DNA from: an uncultured Patescibacteria group bacterium
Lineage (GTDB): Bacteria; Patescibacteriota; Microgenomatia; UBA1400; PJMF01
DNA: 64,000 bases
Direction of reading: 5' to 3'
Assembly: GCA_905478415.1 (NCBI GenBank)
Contig: CAJQIG010000001.1
Location: 309,892 to 373,891, forward strand
The notes under the pieces: generated by a model
The model's database searches: none
The model's input: the letters and a program-made list of their open reading frames with translations, nothing else
Told to the model about the DNA's origin: nothing
Program-made: the position numbers and the translations under genes
In this document: positions 58,724 to 64,000 of the stretch, one piece after another
How the letters are laid out: every line of letters starts with the position of its first letter
Position numbering within the stretch: the first letter of the stretch is position 1

Positions 58724-60055
58724 ATGCCAAAAAACATAAAAAACATACTGGCAAAATATGACACTACGGAAACGTTGTTAATCATATCTTTATATCCCCA
58801 CAAGGGTGAGACCTACTCATCTGGGACCACTGGGGTGGCTTCTTATACCAAGAATGTAGTTAAAAATATGAACCGCAACACGGTTGTTATTGCTGACTAC
58901 AAAAAACAAAGCAGTCACTATGTCGAAAAAGACACATTAGTACTCAGACACTTCAAACATGGCAAAATGTCTATGTGGACTGAGTTACTCCAAAGTGTAA
59001 CTCAATTTAAGAATGCAAAAAATGTACTTATTCAGTTTGATTTCTCTATGTATGGAAGTATGCTGGTATCAGCAACACTACTTCCATTCTTAGCTGTTCT
59101 TAAGTCACTAGGATATAAGACTCACGTTGTTTCTCATCATGTAGTCATGGATGTTGGAAAACTTTCTGGACACATGGGACTGACGAACTCATTCCGCGAC
59201 TCAATCAAGACTCGTGCATTTAACGTAGCCTTTCACTCGTTCTATAGAGCGCTTGGCTTAGTTAGTAACTCTGTTATTGTTCTTGAAGATATCCTCAAAG
59301 AGAGACTGTCTAAATATATTCCTGCTAAAAAAATAATTGCTATTCCTCATGCTGTCGACACTAATTTAGAAAAAATTTCTAAAGCAGAGGCGCGTAAAAA
59401 ACTTGGAATTGCTGCTTCTGAAAAAGTGGTGCTCTTCTTCGGTTTTGTAAACTGGTTTAAAGGTGCAGATATCTTTGCAAAAAACTTTGCAAAGACTCAG
59501 AAGCTTCTTGGAAAAAAAGCTCGCTTTATTATTGCTGGAGGTGAAAGTATTACCTTATCTTCAAAAGAATACTATAAAGAATTTTATAATGGCGTTGTAA
59601 ATACAACCCAAAATTCTTCTTCTGTAGATATCACTGGATATGTTCCTCAAGAAAAAATTGTTGAATACTTCTCTGCTGCGGATTTAATTGTCTTTCCGTA
59701 CAGAGAGTTTATGTGTGCTTCTGGAGTACTATCATTAGCTTTCTCATATAAAAAACCATTTATTGTTTCTGACAAATTAGAACCAATGTTAACTGCACCT
59801 GATTTCTCAGAAGCTATGAAAGACTTTGGCCTAACTACTAGCGATTTATCGTTCGAACTTTCAAAAGAATCAATGCTTAAACAAACAACAAAAGTCTTAA
59901 GAAATGGTCTAAAACGTAAAATGTCACTCATGGGAGCTCAAATTAGAAAACAACGTAGTTTTCAAAATACGGCTAAGACCTATGAACGAGCTATATTTGC
60001 ACCAAGTTCAAAGCTTCATAAATCGCCTAGAGTCAGGTATGCTTATGGTGCATGA
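58724..60055 (+). CDS. Glycosyltransferase family 4 (GT-B)
   Basis: GVASYT, LFFGFVNWFKG and FSAADLIVFPY...SGVLSLA. Confidence 0.88.
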   Translation: MPKNIKNILAKYDTTETLLIISLYPHKGETYSSGTTGVASYTKNVVKNMNRNTVVIADYKKQSSHYVEKDTLVLRHFKHGKMSMWTELLQSVTQFKNAKNVLIQFDFSMYGSMLVSATLLPFLAVLKSLGYKTHVVSHHVVMDVGKLSGHMGLTNSFRDSIKTRAFNVAFHSFYRALGLVSNSVIVLEDILKERLSKYIPAKKIIAIPHAVDTNLEKISKAEARKKLGIAASEKVVLFFGFVNWFKGADIFAKNFAKTQKLLGKKARFIIAGGESITLSSKEYYKEFYNGVVNTTQNSSSVDITGYVPQEKIVEYFSAADLIVFPYREFMCASGVLSLAFSYKKPFIVSDKLEPMLTAPDFSEAMKDFGLTTSDLSFELSKESMLKQTTKVLRNGLKRKMSLMGAQIRKQRSFQNTAKTYERAIFAPSSKLHKSPRVRYAYGA

Positions 60056-61773
60056 AAAAAATAGCACCCTGGTTACTTTTAGCTGCTCTTAGCATCTTTC
60101 TTTGTTACTATTTTTTATTTAGAGCTCAAGTACAGCTTGGAGGTGATATCGTAGAGTATTACGGTATTACTGAATCAGTAAAAAATCACTTTAGTTTTGA
60201 ACTTACAGTAGAAGATAGAACTAATCTGGAACAAGTACTGCATAAAGCTTACTTTGAAGATCCTGGCTATTACATATCAGGCACTGATCAAAAACGCTAT
60301 CCTGTTCACTTTATCTTTTACTCACTGCTTGCACTACCATTCCGGCTACTTCTTGAGGCACTTAATCTCAATCCACTCCGATCACTTTGGTTACTAAATA
60401 TTTTTTCATACCTTACTATGATTGGGATTATCTGGGCTAAATATATTCATAAGAGTGGCCATCGTATCGCCTTTTTACTTCTTACATTTATATCTCCGCT
60501 TATGTCCTTTTTTATATGGCCTGGACCAGATCTCTTTGTCATTACGTTACTCACTGTCTCCTTGTTTGCCTTTGCTAAAAAAGAATATCTTTTTGCAATA
60601 CTTTTGAGCACAGTTGCCTCATGGCACAGTCAACCAGTACTGATTGTGACATTCTTCTTTCTCCTCTCCTATGTTGTCATTGGCCATACTCAACAAAAAA
60701 AGTTTGCAATTACTACTAAGATCTTAGCTACTGCTTTTGGTGTTGGCTTACTATCACTAATTCCCTACCTTTATAACTACCTTGCATTTGGTGTTTTAAC
60801 ACCGTGGACACTTCTTCAAGATGGATGGACTACAGTACGTGGTTTCGGATTACACAACGCTTCGGTACAAAAATTTTACGAACAATTTTTTGACCTTAAT
60901 ATTGGTATTTTTTGGTATTCTCCAATACTTTTTATAGCTTCACTGTTTTATTTTATGAGGAATCATACAAAAAACACACTGCTCAATTACTTTTATCTAG
61001 CTATTTTTTGTCTCACACTACTCTTTTATCAAACAAATCCTGGCTGGCATTATGGAACATCTGGTTTCGGTCCTGGTCGGCATTCAATTATTGTTTTAGC
61101 GTTACTTTTTTTCATTACCACTCAACTTATAGCTTCACAAACTAAAAAATTTACGATTGGATTTATTGCGTTTCTGCTAGTGATTCAAGGAAGTATTTTG
61201 TCTAAAAATAATTTTCTCGAGCCAAAACTAGAGAATACTCTCCATAATAGTTTTTTTGCTTCTTTCATTCTCGATTCTCTGCCAGAACTCTATAACCCTA
61301 CCCCTGAGATTTTTGTTGATAGAACAAACCATACAGATAATACTCAACTAGAGTCAGCCTATTATATGAAAGATGGAATCTGCAAAAAAGCCTTTGTACT
61401 GTACTCAGACCTCCCCTTCTTAAAAGAACACTGTCCTAATAATGCAAAACTCTCTGCCACACTCATGTTCGAAGACCCATTTAAAAGAAGCGCTAGCTAT
61501 CCAAGAACTATCATTTTAGACGAAGCCACTTTCTGGCCTGAACCAAGAGCTTGTGACAATAACTTTAAGCATCAATATTTTGTTTGTCCAAAAACAACAG
61601 ATGATTTTATGTCCGAGACGGGAATATCAGACGAACTTAGAATCACCACACTTGCTGAGTTTCCATCTCCTGGCATATGGAAACTCAGCAAAGGAGCCCC
61701 AATTAAAGTTACTGTTCCTCCCGGATACATTTTAGACTACACTGCAACAGATGGTATCTATGTCAACTTTTAA
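60052..61773 (+). CDS. Polytopic membrane protein, GT-C-like
   Basis: GD..EY, HF.FYSLLA.P, DLNIG.F.YSP; many TMs. Confidence 0.7.
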   Translation: MKKIAPWLLLAALSIFLCYYFLFRAQVQLGGDIVEYYGITESVKNHFSFELTVEDRTNLEQVLHKAYFEDPGYYISGTDQKRYPVHFIFYSLLALPFRLLLEALNLNPLRSLWLLNIFSYLTMIGIIWAKYIHKSGHRIAFLLLTFISPLMSFFIWPGPDLFVITLLTVSLFAFAKKEYLFAILLSTVASWHSQPVLIVTFFFLLSYVVIGHTQQKKFAITTKILATAFGVGLLSLIPYLYNYLAFGVLTPWTLLQDGWTTVRGFGLHNASVQKFYEQFFDLNIGIFWYSPILFIASLFYFMRNHTKNTLLNYFYLAIFCLTLLFYQTNPGWHYGTSGFGPGRHSIIVLALLFFITTQLIASQTKKFTIGFIAFLLVIQGSILSKNNFLEPKLENTLHNSFFASFILDSLPELYNPTPEIFVDRTNHTDNTQLESAYYMKDGICKKAFVLYSDLPFLKEHCPNNAKLSATLMFEDPFKRSASYPRTIILDEATFWPEPRACDNNFKHQYFVCPKTTDDFMSETGISDELRITTLAEFPSPGIWKLSKGAPIKVTVPPGYILDYTATDGIYVNF

Positions 61774-64000
61774 AAAAATTGTTACCCATATTCACTTCGC
61801 TCCAGTCTCATTACTTGTCAGTATTTTAGTAATTTTCATTATTTCTCAATTTCCAAGTACTACAAACTTGATTGGATGGGATGCAGTAAGTCCAGAACTC
61901 AACTACTCTGCAAACTTTAGTCGGGCGCTTAATTCTAGCTGGCAAGAAAACTATGGATTAGGAGCTTTAATAGGGCACGGGGTAGGAACAACCTTTATAC
62001 ATACTGGGGTAGTATACCTAATTGACCTGTTTGCACCTAGCCATGCAGTAAGAGCAATTTTTCATTTTTTATCTTTCAGTGTTGGAGCAGTAGGAATGTA
62101 TTTTCTTTCCTACCACATTCTTTCTTCTTTAAAAAATGATGTATCTAAACAACTACTTACATTTATTTCATTACTAGCAGCACTCTTTTATACATTCAAC
62201 TTAGGAACAACACAGCTTTTTTATCTACCATTAGAAGCGTTTAGTGTCCATTTTGCTGGACTTCCATGGGCACTTTTATTATTACTGAGATACATACATA
62301 GTCCAAGTAAAAAGAACTTATTCATACTATTTATTGTAAATATTTTCTTTTCGATGCAAGGCTTCATCCCATCACTTTTTGTCGCATATCTCTTTTCAAT
62401 TGGAGTGTATACCACAACTTTTTTTCTGCTCAATAAAAACAAAAAAAAGAATGGCACACATATCTTATTTGCTTTATTTATCATCTTATTAGCGAATAGC
62501 TATTGGCTAACATCATTCACTTTTTATACTTTGTTTAGAAACCAAAATTTTCTCGAAGCATATAATAACTTGAGTTCAACTGAACAATTTATACAGCAAA
62601 GCATGAAGTATGGTGATGTACTAAACGTTGGATTGTTAAAAAGTTTTTATCTTGATACTTCAGTAGCTGACACTCAAGTTTTTCAAAGCTGGAACCAATT
62701 CTTTCAAAATTCTGCTATTCTCTTTTTTTACTTCCTTTTTTTCTTAGTTAGTGTATTAGGACTCATTGTTTCTACTTTTAAACGGTATAGAAAAATAATG
62801 CTTCCACTTTCAAGTGTCTATCTTTTTTTCTTTTTAGGACTGACTACAGCAACCCCCCCTTTTTCTTTTGCTTCTAAACTTTTACAACTACTCCCCCTCT
62901 ATAAACAAGCTTTTAGAACTACATTCACTAAGCTTGGTACTGGTATGGCCCTTAGTTACAGCATATTTTTAGGTCTTGGCTTACTGTTTCTTTTTTCTAA
63001 AAAGAGCAAATTCTCTCATGCCTTTTTATGGTTTCTTTTAGCTATAAGTACCACAGTACTCGTTCTTCCTCATTTTATTTTTCCTGCCTTCTACGAGAAT
63101 GAATCAATACGTATTCCACAGGCATACAGAGATGTCACTAACGAATTTAATCAAAAGGGATATGCTCACATCGCGATGCTCCCCGCAGATTGTTCAGAAG
63201 GTTGGTATAACTACAACTGGAACTATGTTGGTTCTGGATTTCTTTGGTATGGTGTTAAACAACCAATTATTGAACGTTTTTCTGATGTGTGGAGTGCTAA
63301 CAATGAACAATACTTTTGGGAACTCTCGTCTGCACTACACGCAAATAACACAGAGCAACTTTCAAATATTTTTATGAAGTATGACATAAAATGGTTACTC
63401 ATTGATGAAAACCTTGAACACTGCAGTAATTTTAATGGTTTTTCTCAACAAAAGCTTCTCATAGATCGCTTAACAAGCTCAAATCAATTCCAACTTATTT
63501 TTGAAACAGATAAAGGAGTAGAAAAACCGATAAGAATCCTTGAAAATACTCAGCATAGTAATTATAATTTTATTTCAAGTTCATCTGTTACAAAAGTTTC
63601 TACTACTCGCACCTGGATGTTAGAGGATACTCTCTTTGCATCAAAAAAATCTTATGTTTCTAACCCAACAGAAATACTTAGCGATGAATATTTTGTCTTC
63701 CCAAGTATTTTTTCTCAAAGAGGAAATGCAGTATCTTCTTCCCAAATAGAAAATACTAACGCTACTCTCACTTTTATTTCTCCAGAAAAAACAAATACAG
63801 ATAGACAAATTAACTTAGTGGTTTCATATGCTGAGGACCCTATTCCATTCTCAACTACTATTGAACAGTTGAATGATCTTTATTCATTACAAATGAATCT
63901 CGACTTTCCGCTAGTTGTTATTGGAAGTCAAGAATTTGACGTCGATACAACAATTAATCTGGGGGAACTTTCCATTGATGAAACAACAGATATTGCACTA
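61760..64000 (+). CDS. Large membrane protein, GT-C / AftD-like (3' end runs off window)
   Basis: Not in ORF track; ATG at 61760 gives MSTFKKIV...LIGWDAVSPELN...WQENYGLG...FR..FTK; overlaps the previous gene. Confidence 0.7.
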   Translation, partial: MSTFKKIVTHIHFAPVSLLVSILVIFIISQFPSTTNLIGWDAVSPELNYSANFSRALNSSWQENYGLGALIGHGVGTTFIHTGVVYLIDLFAPSHAVRAIFHFLSFSVGAVGMYFLSYHILSSLKNDVSKQLLTFISLLAALFYTFNLGTTQLFYLPLEAFSVHFAGLPWALLLLLRYIHSPSKKNLFILFIVNIFFSMQGFIPSLFVAYLFSIGVYTTTFFLLNKNKKKNGTHILFALFIILLANSYWLTSFTFYTLFRNQNFLEAYNNLSSTEQFIQQSMKYGDVLNVGLLKSFYLDTSVADTQVFQSWNQFFQNSAILFFYFLFFLVSVLGLIVSTFKRYRKIMLPLSSVYLFFFLGLTTATPPFSFASKLLQLLPLYKQAFRTTFTKLGTGMALSYSIFLGLGLLFLFSKKSKFSHAFLWFLLAISTTVLVLPHFIFPAFYENESIRIPQAYRDVTNEFNQKGYAHIAMLPADCSEGWYNYNWNYVGSGFLWYGVKQPIIERFSDVWSANNEQYFWELSSALHANNTEQLSNIFMKYDIKWLLIDENLEHCSNFNGFSQQKLLIDRLTSSNQFQLIFETDKGVEKPIRILENTQHSNYNFISSSSVTKVSTTRTWMLEDTLFASKKSYVSNPTEILSDEYFVFPSIFSQRGNAVSSSQIENTNATLTFISPEKTNTDRQINLVVSYAEDPIPFSTTIEQLNDLYSLQMNLDFPLVVIGSQEFDVDTTINLGELSIDETTDIAL

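Noticed and set aside
1-64000. Alternative genetic code (TGA=Gly), prophage, transposase or reverse transcriptase
   Set aside because: RF2 is present and genes end at TGA; no phage structural, transposase, integrase or RT motifs were found.

Overview
Gene-dense, AT-rich bacterial chromosome segment in the standard genetic code (prfB is present and TGA is used as a stop). The gene complement suggests Patescibacteria/CPR, probably Microgenomates; this is inference from DUF4012, pilin-like, short MetRS, many GT-C proteins and ftsEX with a coiled-coil hydrolase. Core genes are dcd (partial), mscL, rmuC, metG, tatD, a glycosylation/envelope cluster, a UvrD-nuclease fusion, tRNA-Pro(GGG), recA, rny, secG, a murF/degT/femX-like operon, a cyclophilin, prfB and ftsEX. 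The most striking unexplained structure is a 4 kb co-oriented array of small accessory genes downstream of tRNA-Pro. It is punctuated by four related att-like sites that resemble the tRNA 3' end, and no integrase is present in the window. One gene in this array is bracketed by inverted repeats. Other candidates are a ~530 nt multi-hairpin leader before a GC-rich lipoprotein gene, a circularly permuted M23 peptidase, a CaCA-like/vWA fusion, a pseudo-sortase, an RNase Y lacking its TM anchor, and widespread leaderless promoters. All family calls come from motif recognition, not database searches.
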